A stretch of DNA of 64,000 bases from the human T2T-CHM13v2.0 reference genome, Homo sapiens: the NCBI RefSeq assembly GCF_009914755.1, contig NC_060947.1. One strand, given 5' to 3'. The notes under the pieces were generated by a model. It worked only from the letters and a program-made list of their open reading frames with translations, made no database searches and had not been told where the DNA came from. Below, piece after piece: positions 24,436 through 39,104 of the stretch; the stretch's first letter is position 1; each line of letters starts with the position of its first letter. Both the position numbers and the translations under genes were made by a program.

Positions 24436-25134
24436 TGCCAGGTTTTGGTATCAGAATGATGTTGGCCTCATAGAATGAGTTTGGATTCCCTCCTCAATTT
24501 TTTGGAATAGTACCAATAAGAATGGTACCAATTCTTGTTTATACATTTGGTAGAATTTGGCTGTGAATCTCTCTGGTGTTGGGCTTTTTTTTCTGATTGT
24601 AGGCTTTTTATTACTGTTTTGATTTTGGAACTCATTTTTGGTCTGTTTGTGTGTCCAATTTCTTTCTAGTTCAATCTTGGGAGGTTGTGTGTTTTAAGAA
24701 ATTCATCCATTTCTTTCAAGTTTTCTAGTTTGTGTGCACACAGGTATTTGGAATAGTCTCTTAGGGTTTATTTATTTGTATTTCTGTGGGATCAGTGGTA
24801 ATATTCCCTTTGCCATTTCTGACTGTGTTTATTTGGGTTTTCTCTCTCTTTATTAGTCTAGCCAATGGTCTATTAATTCTATTTATTCTTGCAAATAACC
24901 AACTTCTAGTTTGCTTGAACTTTTGTATGTTTTTATATCTCAGTTTCATTCAGTTCAGCTCTGATTTTAGTTATTTTTTGTCTTCTGCTCTCTGAGGTTG
25001 TTTTGCTCTTGTTTTTCTAGTTCTTCTACTTGTAGTGCTAGATTGTTAATTTGAGATCATTCTACTTTCTTGATATAGGCATATAGCACTGTAAAGTTTC
25101 CTCTTTACTCTGCTTTAGCTGTTTCCCAGGAGTT

Positions 25135-26949
<1,815 letters not shown>

Positions 26950-26950
<1 letters not shown>

Positions 26951-28670
26951 AGTATTTCATTTTTGGGTACTAGTATAAATGTTATTTTAAAATTAAGATT
27001 CCACTTGTTCTTTCCTAGTATATAAGAAAGCATTTTTTTTTTCGTAAATTTACCCTGTATTTTGTATCCTTGCTAAAGTTACTTTTTAGTTTTAGGAGTT
27101 TTGTTGTTGTTTTTGTAAGTTCCTTTATATTTTTTACAGAGACAATTATGTCATCTAAGAACAAAGACTTCCAAATCTCTCTACTGTTTATTTCCTTTTT
27201 AAAAATCTTGTTGCATTAGCTTGTATTTCCAGTGTAATGTTGAAAAGGAGTAGTGAGAGGGTACATCCTTGCTTTGTTCCTGTATTATTAGAAAAGTTTC
27301 TAGTTTGTTATCAATGAACTATGATGTTATTTGTAGGATATTTCTAGATATTCTTTATCGATTTGAAGCTCCCCCTTATTTCTAGTTTGCTGAGGATTTT
27401 ATTAAATAATGACTGGGTTTTGGATTTTGTCAAACCTTTTTTATACATTTATTGGTATAATCATGTGATTTTTTTTCTCTAATCTGTTGATGTGACAAAT
27501 TACATTGTTTTTCAAATATTGAACTAGCCTTGCAAACCAGAAAAAAATCTCAGTTGGTTGTGGTGTATAAGTATTTTTATATGCTCTTAGCTATTATTTG
27601 CTAATATTTTACTGAGAATTGGTATTAGGTATTTTGTGAGACATATTGGTTTGCAGTTTTTGTTTTGTTTTTGTTTTTGTAACGTCTTTGTCCAGTTTTA
27701 GTATTGGTAATCCTGACCTCATTGAACAAGTTAAGAAAGATTCTCTCTCCTTCTATCTTCTGGAAGAGATTATAGAAAATTGATATAAGTTCTTCCTTAA
27801 ATGTTTGGTGGAATTCACTAGTGAACCTATCTGTGTCTGAAGCATTCTATTTCATAAGGTTATTAACTATTGATTCAATTTCTTTAATAGTTCTAAACCT
27901 ATTCATACAATCTATTCTTGTGCCAGTTTTGATGGATTGTGTCTCTTGAAAAATTTGTTCATTACATATAGCTTATCAGTTTTGCAGAAATTGAGCTTCT
28001 AATATTTCATTATTATCCTTTTAATGTCCATGTGATCCATAGTGATGACCTCTCTTGCATTTATAATATGAGTTATTTGTGTCTTTTCTCTTTTTTCCTT
28101 AGGTCAGCTATAGACTTGTTGATTTTTTGGATCTTTTGAAAGACTCGGCTTTTGGTTTTTTTGATTTCACTATTGATTTTCTGTTTTCAATTTCATTGAT
28201 TTCTACTCTTTTATTTTTTTTTTCTATTGCTTACATTGGATTTAATTTTCTTTTTTTTTTCCTACAGTGGAAACTTAGAAGACTGATTTTAGATACTTCT
28301 TTTGTTTTTATAATACATGCATTTAATGCAATAAATTTCCCTCATAGTGCTGCTTTCATTACATCTCACATATTTTGATATGTTCTATTGTCATATCCAT
28401 TTAATAGAAAATATTTTTACATTTCTCTTGAGATTTCTTCCTTGATCCATGTGCTATTTAAAATTCTATTGTTTAGCTAGGCATTGTGGTGCATGCCTGT
28501 AATCCCAGCTGCTACTGGAGAGGTTGAGGCAGGATGACCACATGAGCCCAGGAGGTCAAGGCTGGAGTGAGCTATGGTTGTGCCAATGCTCTCTAACCTG
28601 GGTGACAGAGAAAGACGCCATCTCTCTCTAAAAAAAATAGCATGTTTTTATCTCTAAGTATTTTGGGAGT
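26950..28670 (-). mobile_element. Old L1M ORF2 fragment
   Basis: Degraded antisense ORF2 (gagagggtacatccttgctttgttcct, ttaaatgtttggtggaattcactagtgaacc, ataaatttccctc). Confidence 0.8.
28476..28638 (+). mobile_element. Alu monomer (FLAM/FRAM-like)
   Basis: ggtgcatgcctgtaatcccagct...gagcccaggaggtcaaggctg..cctgggtgacagag plus A tail; single monomer. Confidence 0.85.
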
Positions 28671-29055
28671 ATGGGTTTATAAACATTGCATTATGATTTA
28701 AGAGATGAATTTTATCTATTTTAATAATATAGCTTTTGTCATGAATATCTCTGATTCAATCCTGATCTCTTTTTGGGAAACATTTGAGTACATTTTGACT
28801 TCTGTTTGGCCCACCTCTATGCGTGTGTAGAAGTACGCTCATATGCCTGAAGAAACAGCCTATATAAGGAGAGCCTAGGCCCTGTGTTGAGCCAGGAGGG
28901 GTGTATGATGGTATGAATTTGCAAATACAGTTATGGGTTTGCAATAAATATCACATCACTTAGTTAAAAAAATCAAATTAAAGTTGATTTTGAGGCTCCT
29001 TCCTAACCAAACAATTTTTGTCACTGGGTGTTGCATGTGTATGTACACACATGTA

Positions 29056-29070
29056 CGTGTGTGTGTGTGC

Positions 29071-29127
<57 letters not shown>
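29056..29127. repeat. Compound (GT)n(GA)n microsatellite
   Basis: Read directly. Confidence 0.9.
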
Positions 29128-29714
29128 TATACGAGGACCTTTTCCCTCCTTTAGAATCTCACAAATATCATAGGTTGTATATGGTTCCTGGAAATCTTGT
29201 CCTTTGTTCATCATAAATGCTATTGAAGTGTTCACTGTCTGAATCGATATGGTACCTTGAAGACCTGCTGTATTTCCATCCAAATTTAGCATGACTATTT
29301 GCCAAGTTTGGAAGCTGTTGTGGCTAAGATTCAGCTTCCCTAGGTGTTTTCACTCGATTATATCCTTACTCCTACCAGATCATGCCATTTTTCCAAGGCA
29401 CTCAGAGAAAACAGAGCATAGGTCCAAAACAGGGCATAGGTCCTCTGCTACTTGTGGAACTCCAGTTGATAATCTCCTTTCTGGTTTTGGGAAATTCCAC
29501 TCTCATTTGCTGCCCTTGCTTCTCTCTCCTCAAAATCATACATCCTATTATTTGTTTCCAAGCCAAATCACCTCAGGTTTCTGGAAAAAAAAAAAAACTA
29601 AGAAGGTTTAATTGTCTGAAAGCAACTTCTTTTTTCAGTACTGAATTTCATCCCTCCCCTGATACAAGAAGGAACAAGGAAAGGAAAAAATACAGTCAGA
29701 ACAAAACACATATG

Positions 29715-32700
29715 TTTTATTGTGGATTGCCTTGAAAGCTAAGCCTTATTCAAAAGCTTTGCATGCACATAGTTTGTTTGCAAAGTTATCTCAGATAGTG
29801 GTAGTGAAGAACCAGGGAGATTGAAACATGACAGAAGAAAAATTCATTATCATTATGCAGAATCATGTTTGCTGCTGCTATGGATAACTGATGTTCAGTC
29901 TGGATGGACTCTTGTGAGGAGACATATAAAATGCACCTCAGAATGGTTTGCCTAAAGGATATTGTCTGTCCATTGACCTCTGATGTGTATTTAGTTGAGG
30001 ATTGGGCTATTGGGTGTTAAACCTTAGTAATTTTCCTACTGAGCATGTGTGAATGCAGAGTGAGATTCCATAGTCATTCCATGATGTGGTGTCAGAGAAG
30101 CCCTGAAACAGAAACTGAGCAATATGTAGGACAGCTGGATATGAGGTGCTGTCAGCATGAAGTGAAATTGAAACTCACATAGTGCTGTTAGGCACTGTAT
30201 GGCTCAAATCAGATATGAGGGCAAGACAATGTGAGGAAGTGCTCAAGATGACTTTTATAGAGTCTGCCCTTTGCACCACTCACAATCTCTTATTTCCTCC
30301 ACTACATTTTTAGTGAAGTAGCTAACTGCCTTCTCTACCAAATACAATACATGAAGGCAATTAATGGAATATGCTATTGTCCCTGCTGTTGCAACTGGTC
30401 TAAAGTCCATATTGATATTCATTGTCTCACTCTTCTACCTGCAGTTTATTTTTCCCTCACTCTCAGCCATCACTGTAGTTATTACAGGTTGCTTGTCTGG
30501 TGGGATGACCAAAAATTTCAGCCTAAAGGGCTTTGGGCCCTTGGTTGACTTGCTTTTGCCAGGCTGTGATATCTGTATTTGTTCATTTATCATTATCATG
30601 AGGCATGAATGCACAAAGAAATACCCCAGTATCCTTGGGTTCTAAAAATTTCTCTCTACCTCAATCATGTGACAGTAAACCTAGCTCCACAAGGTGATTT
30701 GGGTCAGTTTTCCCCAGTAATATTAACTGTTTTTTTTTCTGCTTTCTGGTGCCTTTCATAAAAAATCCAAAAGAATTAAGTGGCAGATTGTTGTAACTTC
30801 ATGTTCAATGGCATCCTTCCACTCTCCTTTTGTAGAAGCATTCTCCATTGAAAGCAAAGTCTCAAATCTGGCAGCGTCTAAGGGTTTAGGGATGAATAAC
30901 CAAAGTCTACAAGTGTTGGAGAGAGGTGGCAATCCCATTGTTGCCTGGAACAATTTATTTCAGCTACTGCGGACACAAAATCATATTATATCAACTATTG
31001 TTTTAATGAATATACTACATACTGGAGCATCATGGTCCAACCTTTTAGAGTGAGTTCCCAAATAGAACCTACACTGGGTCTCTGCTAGGCCATTCAACTA
31101 AGCGGGCTGATTTCAGATTATATGATACGTGGTAGAACTAGTAACCCTGGGTGTAAGAGCACTAATTTAATTCACCTGCAACAAAGTGGCTGGATGGTAT
31201 TATACATATCAAGGGCTCAGTGTCAGTCTCTGCTGCTAGCAGATTGGGCATTCAGCATAGAGGTAGCTATATCAACCTTTGTGAGGGGAAACTCATGCCT
31301 AGCTTTTATTTCTGCTACCATAGCCACTTTATTCAATGTACCATTAAAAAAGCACTGGGGTAGCTTAGGTGAGAGGCTGGCTGATATCCGTAGGATAAAT
31401 TATCCTGTTCTCTTAGATATTGAGGAGCTCCTTAACATTAATGTTTGTCACAAACTTCATCCTTCACCCATTCCATAGGTCATCCCTGTACTGCTACTCT
31501 AGACCCCCTTGTCTCCAATTTCAGTCTTGCTATTTCTAGATTTCAAACGATCCAGTGAGTACATTTAACACCACCCAGACATCTATGGCTATCCACGCTT
31601 CTGGCCATTTCTTGTTCTAGGCTGTATCAGTTAGCTGTTTCTACAAAATAAATCACCTCAAAACCCAGTTGCTTAAAACAGTAAACTTGTATTTTCATTA
31701 ATAACCCAAAAAAATGTTAGCTAGATAGTTCTGTTTTCCTGGATCAGCGTTGGTTTATTTCATCCAAGCTTGTTCAGGCACCTGCAGTCAACTGGTGGAA
31801 CAGCTGGGAGATGGCTGGTATAGGAGGGCCTTACTTACGTGTCTGGTAGTTTGTTGCCTGTTGCCTAGGGCAGTTGGAGCCACATGGCAATTATCATCCA
31901 GAAGACTGTCTCAGACTTCTTCACATGGTGATACCAGGGTTCTGAAAGACAGAAGAGAAGCTTATTGAGTACTAGGCCCAGAATTGGTACTTATGCTGCA
32001 TTTAATGAATCAAACAAATCGCCACGCCCACCCATTGTCAAGGAGTGGGGAAATAGACACTATCTTTTAATGGGAGGAGTTGAAAAGTCAGAAACAACAG
32101 GGTAAATCATTTCAGTTATTATTGCAATTAATTAACTATACACTAAGTTTATAACCAGGTGTACTAGTTAAAACAACCTCCCTACTTTTGTCCTTTAGAG
32201 ACATCCATGTGTAAGTCATGCAGAGGCAGTAGCAGGCTACTTTTGGTTTACAATACATATTGAGTATTGAGCTTACCAAACTGTGAGCCAGGCCCTGGAA
32301 TAGTTCCCCTATTTTCTGACAGCTGCTCATGGAGAACCCCATATGAGGAAGACACTTCAGTGCAACAGAGGAAGGTGACATATAGTTTGGGCTATCTGCT
32401 TGCATAACTTACTTGAGACCTTGAAAACAGTCTATTTTATAATGGATTGCTGTTGACTTGGTAAATCTGATAATAACCAGCTCATGATCTAGTGGCATAG
32501 TCACTTGATGTCCCTTAGTTATGTGCTCAGTTTCTATTAGGGTCTGCTTTTCCAAAAAGCAGTGCTCTGCTACAGAAAGTAAGACCTTGCTTTCTGAGAT
32601 CTGTGCTATGACTGTTCAATTGAGATTAACTGGAGAATCCACATAGCATCCTCATCCACTACAGATGCCTCTAAAACCATCAAATCTACTAGGTCATATA

Positions 32701-32850
32701 GACTGAGAAACAGGACAGCTTTCACCTGATTCTTTTAAAGAGGCTTTTGTGATGTAAGGCATAAAATTAAGGCCCAATATTATATACTTCTTTGTTATCT
32801 GAAACCAGAAGGACATCAAAAGGCCTAACTGCAAAATTTTCATCCCTATT
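29715..32850 (-). mobile_element. Ancient ERVL-class provirus remnant (LTR33/LTR16-like LTR plus pol internal sequence)
   Basis: Minus strand of ~31203-31257 reads AECPIC*QQRLTLSP*Y, matching the ERVL integrase AECPICQQQRPTLSPRYG; LTR-like segment at ~29715-30260. Confidence 0.7.
31623..32135 (-). mobile_element. MaLR LTR (MLT1G/H-like) inserted in the ERVL remnant
   Basis: tgtatcagttagct...cagttgcttaaaaca...ctgcagtcaactgg...aaggagtggggaaatagac..ttttaatgggaggagttg. Confidence 0.7.
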
Positions 32851-32854
32851 CTGT

Positions 32855-33237
32855 CACTGCAGATAACATCTCCTAGAAAGACCACCCTCCTTAACAAAGG
32901 GACTAAGCACAGTTCTTGCTTGTCCCAGAGTAGCAGGTTTCAGTTCTCTGTCAAATTATTCAAACAAATCAATGCCAACCCCTCATAGAACCAGGAGCCA
33001 CCTCACCTTCTTTACACTACGAAGCCTGACTTCCACAGCCCCTCTTGTTCACTCTGTTCCCAAGTGCAATCGCAACATTGCCCTGAGTCATGTGTAGTGT
33101 TCTTTTCCTTTGGGCTATGAGTACATGTGACTAATAAATTTCCATTGATCTCATCTGTCTAATGTTGTGTATCTGGTCATGCCCAAAGCCCTAGGGTCTT
33201 CCCTAAAAAATGGGCTAATAGGAGGCAATTAGAACAC
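32855..33237 (+). mobile_element. ERVL-class LTR (MER54-like)
   Basis: ccacagcccct..gttcactctgttcccaagtgcaa...gagtacatgtgactaataaa...gatctcatctgtc...ggaggcaattagaaca. Confidence 0.6.
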
Positions 33238-33379
33238 CCTTTCTTACTGCTCAGAACCCCAATCAAAACAATGCTTTTTGAAACTTATGATAAATGAGAA
33301 GAACAGTTTTTCCAACTGTGGCATATTATAAACTATGCATTCAATGAGGACTACCAGTTGCTGTATTGATTTCTTATTG

Positions 33380-33843
33380 GATCTTCGACAAAGCAAATAA
33401 AAACATAAAATGGGGAAAGGACACCCTATTCAACAAATGGTGCTGGGATAATTGGCAAGCCACATGTAGAAGAATGAAACTGGATTTCTCATCTCTCACG
33501 TCATAAAAAAATCAACTCAAGATGGATCTAAGACAAATCTTAAGACCTGAAACCGTAAAGATTCTAGAGGATAACATTGGAAAAACCCTTCTGAATATTG
33601 GCTTAGGCAAAAACTTCATGACCAAGAACCCAAAAGCAAATGCAGCAAAAACAAAGATAAATAGATAGGACTTAATTCAACTAAAAAGCTTCTGCACCGC
33701 AAAAGAAATAATCAGCAAAGTTGACAGACTACCCACATAGTGGGAGAAAATCATCATAACCTATATATTCAACAAATAACTAATATCCAGAATCTACAAA
33801 GAATGCAAATCAGCAAGAAAAAACAAACAAACAGTCCCATCAG
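33380..33843 (+). mobile_element. L1PB-like ORF2 internal fragment
   Basis: atcttcgacaaagcaaataaaaac..ggggaaaggacaccctattcaacaaatggtgctgggataattgg..aaaaagcttctgcac. Confidence 0.9.
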
Positions 33844-35616
33844 AGCTTTTTAAATGGTATATTTTAAGCAGCTTCTTTCTTTTGAGCACCCTGGGCTTTC
33901 AAATGACTTGACAATATGGCGTTTGTTGCCATGTCTGTGTTGAATCCTGAAAGAATAAAACATAGGGAAAACAATATTGTCAAATCTAGTTGGTTCCCCT
34001 GAAAATCTTGAGAAGCTTAACTTTCTTATAAGTGTAGCATCTTTTATTTTGGATTATGATTATGAGTATCCTTTGGGGCTATAATCTAATAACCTTGTTT
34101 CTTTTGACTACAGAAGGTAGCGAAAAAATATCTTCCCTCATTTTCAGACTAGATTGGGTGCATTCAGGGTGGTATGGCCGTAGACTTCCCCTCATTTTCT
34201 ATGGATATAAGTTAAAAGATCCATTAAATGGCTTAGTTTTTATTCAGACCATCTTTACCTTAAGCTTTAGGTGTATTTCAGTTATTTAAAAGTTGTGTTA
34301 ATATTCTTTCTAAAAACATACATCTATATAAATTTTATATTTATGTGTTGAAATCTGTCTTACATAAAGTATAATTATTTTGAATGTAGTTGAAGAAAAA
34401 GAACACAAACATCATTTTAAATATTTAAAAGAAACTTTTCTAAGACATTTTATTAATTGGAGAATTAATTAGATTGAAAACACTAGATAAAAAATTGAGC
34501 ATTGACATTTGGGTCACCTAAATGACCAAAGCAGATAGAATCTAATGAAGATATTTGAACATATAATTAAAATGGATAAAATAATTTAGCCAACAGTCAA
34601 TTCATAGACTCAAGAAATTAAATAAATTTGTAAAATTAAAATTTTATCTTTTTGTGATGGAAATAGAAAACCTCCTCCAAAACTTTTTGAACTTTAGTTA
34701 TTTTATCTGTTAAATGTCGATAATAATACCTATTTCAAAGTATGATTGTTGAGCAATAAAATGAAATAATGTATTAACTGAATGCAATTTAAATATGAAA
34801 AGTAATTTGTAGTCACTCTGTAGTTATGTATTGATTGAATCACTGTGTTAAGCATGACACAAAAATATGTTGTAGCGTATTACTTCGGGAAAAATTTCTC
34901 TTCCGTTTTGTTCTGTTGTCCAATAACTTGAAAGATGAGGGAGGAAACATTTGTATTCCTTCAAGCATTGATCACTTTTTTAGAAATGATCTGTGTAGGC
35001 ATCATTTTCTACTTGAAGGATTATTGGTTGTCAGAATGGTCAGTGTCATCATAGATTTTGTGGTGTCTGTGGAGGCAGGGAAGGTAAGGAAGCAACCTCA
35101 CTGTGTGAAAAATAATTAAAACTCTATTAGGAGAACTGTGAGATTGAGCAGTGTTTTCAGCCTAAAACCATAAAGCATTCAGTCTTAATGATGGCTGCTT
35201 TTAACAGTGATATATTGCATTCACAATAAAACTCATTTTGTTCCTTTTCAATAATGCATTGTTTCTGAAGTCAGTAAGTGCACATTTACAGATATTTCAA
35301 AAATAAACTGTATTACATTAAATTGCCTTCTATTTCAGACATTTTTTGGTTTAAAAAATCCACCCATCAGCATCACTAAATGCTAAATATAAAATTTATG
35401 TATAAAACACAAATTTTTATTATAATAAAAATTACATCATATCTTCTCATTATAAGTTAATAGCTCTATGCGATTTTTGAGATTAATATCCAAAGCTGGA
35501 CTTTTATTTAAAAACTTGAAAATATGTTTATTATTATTATTACATTTTGTTGTTTTTTAAAGCTTGACATATATGAATTTGCTTCTCCACATTTCAAATT
35601 GATCTGTATTTCATTC

Positions 35617-35812
35617 AGGAAGAGCACACATGAACATAAACATGGGAACAACAGACACTGTAGACTATTAGAGCAGGGAGGGAGGAAGAAGAGTGTGGGT
35701 TGAGAAACTACCTTTTGGGTACTATGCTCACTATCTGGGTGCATAAACCCATGTAAGAAACCTGCATGTCAACCCCTTGTATCTAAAAAAAAAGTTGAAA
35801 ATTTTTAAAAAG
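35617..35812 (+). mobile_element. L1 (L1PA17/L1PB-like) 3' end
   Basis: gggaacaacagacactg..gggttgagaaactacc..gggtactatgctcacta..aaacctgcatg plus A tail. Confidence 0.85.
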
Positions 35813-37127
35813 AGAACACTGATATTTTGCTATTGTTGCCTACCAGAATGATAGGAGAACGATATTTGTTAATTAATTTTGGCTGCTATAACACTATATG
35901 TCTGTGAAGCATAGAGATCTTTCACTTTTGGAAGGAGTTTATCTTCTATCCCATTGACACACAGATGGCTTTATCTGGCAACTGTGACCTCTGTTATCTG
36001 TAGCTTCCAGGTAAGTACCTTCTATTTACTTTCTTGCCTAGTTACATACTTTAAATACTAAATTTAAATTTCAAGTGAATTCCTACTTAAAATAAATAAA
36101 ATCATAAATTATAGCTATAGTCCATATTTTGTTTTCATAGTCGATACTACTAGTTTGAAAATATTCATTAAAATATCAAACAGAATTATAGAATATCATA
36201 AAATATTATTTTCTTTGTACTTCTTATGAAATTTATTGAAGAGTAGTTGAAGTGATACTTGTACTATTTAGTCACTAATATAAGAGCAAACAATCAAATA
36301 GGGAATCACAAAGCTGCTCCTGCTCAACTCCACTTTTTAAGTCCGATTTTCCAAGACCAGAATAAAATATTTTCTGCTGGATGGGTTTTTAGCAAAGCTT
36401 CTCTGACCCATTCTGCTTGCTCAATTATGGAACTGTAATGCCAAGAATGTCCTCAGGAAAGAACAACTGCTTTTTGCTGGGAATCATGTGAGCAGCAAGA
36501 TCTGTAGCAAGAGTTGCACACAGTAGGGGCTCTACAGTCACTTTTGAATGAATGTACAAATAACTGCTGGAATGACTAGGAAAATTTTAGATAAGACATC
36601 ATGAGGCCACTCCTATAAAAGAAAGTACTTGTATTAAGCATGCTTTTATGACTCACACACAGCCTGCCCTATAGATAAGTGAATCCCTGAAGTGAGTAGA
36701 TAACTTTTTTAAGTATCTTATATTTAAGAAGATAAAGTGAACTTCCCAAAGATGTGTACTGAATCAATGACAGACATGACCTTTTATCTTAAAATTTAAT
36801 TGCTAATAAACTCTTTTACTCATATGGCAATCAGTACTTGAAACTTTCATTAAAACTCAAAGTTTAGTCTTAAGGATTTTGAGAAATCTTATTGAATTCA
36901 TCAAGAAACAAACATAAAACATTAATATGGCACAAAAAGCCTAATTCAATGAAGAGAGAAAGGACTTAGAAATAAGCTATGACTTTTTAAATCTTATTTG
37001 GATATTAGGTTTTCTTTCATGCATGAACTACGGAGTTCATGCATTGCTATGACTTCTGCACAAATGGACTATAATAGCCTAATACAAAGTGCTATGATAG
37101 GGTGAGTTGCTTCATAGTGATCCAGGC

Positions 37128-37352
37128 CAATGGTATTCAGATTGTGGTCCATGGACTTGAGCTGTTTCTTGAACCTGTGCTGGTCCATGAACTGTTGGCT
37201 AGTATAGATATTGAAAACTTTTATAGTGTTTAATAATGTTAAATATAATACATAGGACCTTGTATTTTATATATTTTATTTTTTCTAGTAATTTGTTCTC
37301 ATTGTACTTAACAGAAACTGGTCTCTCATTACTGATAGTTTGAGAAGCATTG
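37128..37352. mobile_element. hAT-Charlie-type DNA transposon fragment
   Basis: Ends caatggtattcagattgtggtcc ... gatagtttgagaagcattg resemble Charlie terminal inverted repeats. Confidence 0.5.
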
Positions 37353-37394
37353 ATTTAGGCCAAAGTCAACCTTAGAAAGTGGCTGTCTGGGTAA

Positions 37395-37642
37395 GAGGTG
37401 GTAGATTATACTGCTGATTTTAAGACATTGGGTTTTGTGAGTGTGAATCTCGGCTCTGATTGTTGCTAGGTGCATAATCTTAGGTAAATTATGTAATCTC
37501 TCTTTCCGATCTGTAAAATGGGCATGATAAATAATGCTTAACTGTTGCAATTGCCATGAGGATTAAACAAATTATTGTATGTAAAGTGATAGGAATAGTT
37601 CCTGCTATAAAAGATGTGCTCAGTGAATACTAGCTATTATTT
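37395..37642 (+). mobile_element. MIR SINE
   Basis: atctgtaaaatgggcatgataaataatgc..gaggattaaa..gctcagtgaatactagctattatt. Confidence 0.75.
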
Positions 37643-38884
37643 TTAGGGGAGAAACATCTATATGAGAAACTATGATACAGGGTAGATATGATAAGAGTCA
37701 TGCTATAGTTGCAGATAAATTTCTATGAGTGATGCAGGCTTTACAAAAAAGGAAACATTGGAATTGATCTTTGAAGAATGAATACGATTCGAGCAAATGG
37801 AGAATGGTTGGAGGAAGCTACTTTGAGTAGTAATACTTAATACTGTACAAATAATTTGTTTTGTTGTAATTTTCTAGAGGAACTGCGTAGATAATGAGTA
37901 ATTTTTTGAAAAAAAATTTACTATATAAATGGCACTCAGAAAGATTTGCAATTTTATAATTCTCATTTTTCTTGATGTAGGTGGTAGGCTCTTTACTTTT
38001 TCTAGAGAATTATTGCTGAAAAGGCACAGAAAAGAAGTTTGATTAATGTTTTTTATTGTTTTGACCATCTTGGATTGCTAGATGGGGATTACAAAAGTCT
38101 TCAACAGTGAATCTATTAGACTAACCACATTTCTCCGTAAGGTTAAAACCAATTATTCAAGTGTAATCAAAAGGCAAAACTTTAATTGGCATCTTGCATT
38201 TCCAAATTGACTTTGGATTTTTGTACTATAAAAAGATAAAATGATACAGCCAGGGAAGATGCAGTTGGTCGATGACTTAAAACATATGATTTTGAAATTT
38301 TGCTCCATGTTAGTCTTTTATTCAATAAAACCAAAGGAAAAACTTATACCTCTAGAACTGCAGGATCTCCAGCTCCCAGGATGTATCGCTCAGCCTAGTA
38401 CTGCTTACTAGCTATGTTTTGGTTTAAATAGATTTTCTGTGATGGTCCAGGAATACAACCACCATTCGTAACATTAAGATCTCTAAATTCTAAATAACAG
38501 TCTTTTGGAATTCCTCTAAGTAATAAAGGTATAATGTGCAGACTTCTCATATCTAATTCCTTAGAAATGTGAAGTACAACTAAGGACCAGATATGGTTTT
38601 GTGTTACAAATAAATAATCATTCATTAGTAGTTGTTTTTGTATTTTATTGATTTCTATTTTTATGTATGTATGTAGCTGTGTATGTATTGTAATCAAGCA
38701 ACAACTGGATAAAGTGGATAAGATCTGGAAATGTTGGAGTAAGAAGGTTACAGAATGTATTCCAATAAATGAAATAAGCATTGCAGAACAAATATCTTAA
38801 TATTTTTGTGTTTGAGAAAATAGTTCATTATTCATTACAATTAAATGATTTGAAGTGTGATTAAGCTTAGAGTTTTTTCCTAAG

Positions 38885-39104
38885 TTTTAAATTTTAATTA
38901 TTATGGATACATAATGGTTGCACATATGTATAGGGTACATGTGATACTTTGATACAAGCATACAATGTGTAATGGTCAAATCAGGGTAATTGGGGTATCT
39001 ATCACCTCAATCATTTATGATTTCTTTGTGTTAAGAACGTTTCAATTTTACTCTTCTGGTTATTTCAAAATATACAATAAATTATTGTTAACTACAGTCA
39101 CCCT
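38885..39104 (-). mobile_element. L1MA 3' end fragment
   Basis: gggtacatgtgatactttgatacaagcatacaatgtgtaatggtcaaatcagggtaattgggg...attgttaactacagtcaccct. Confidence 0.85.
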
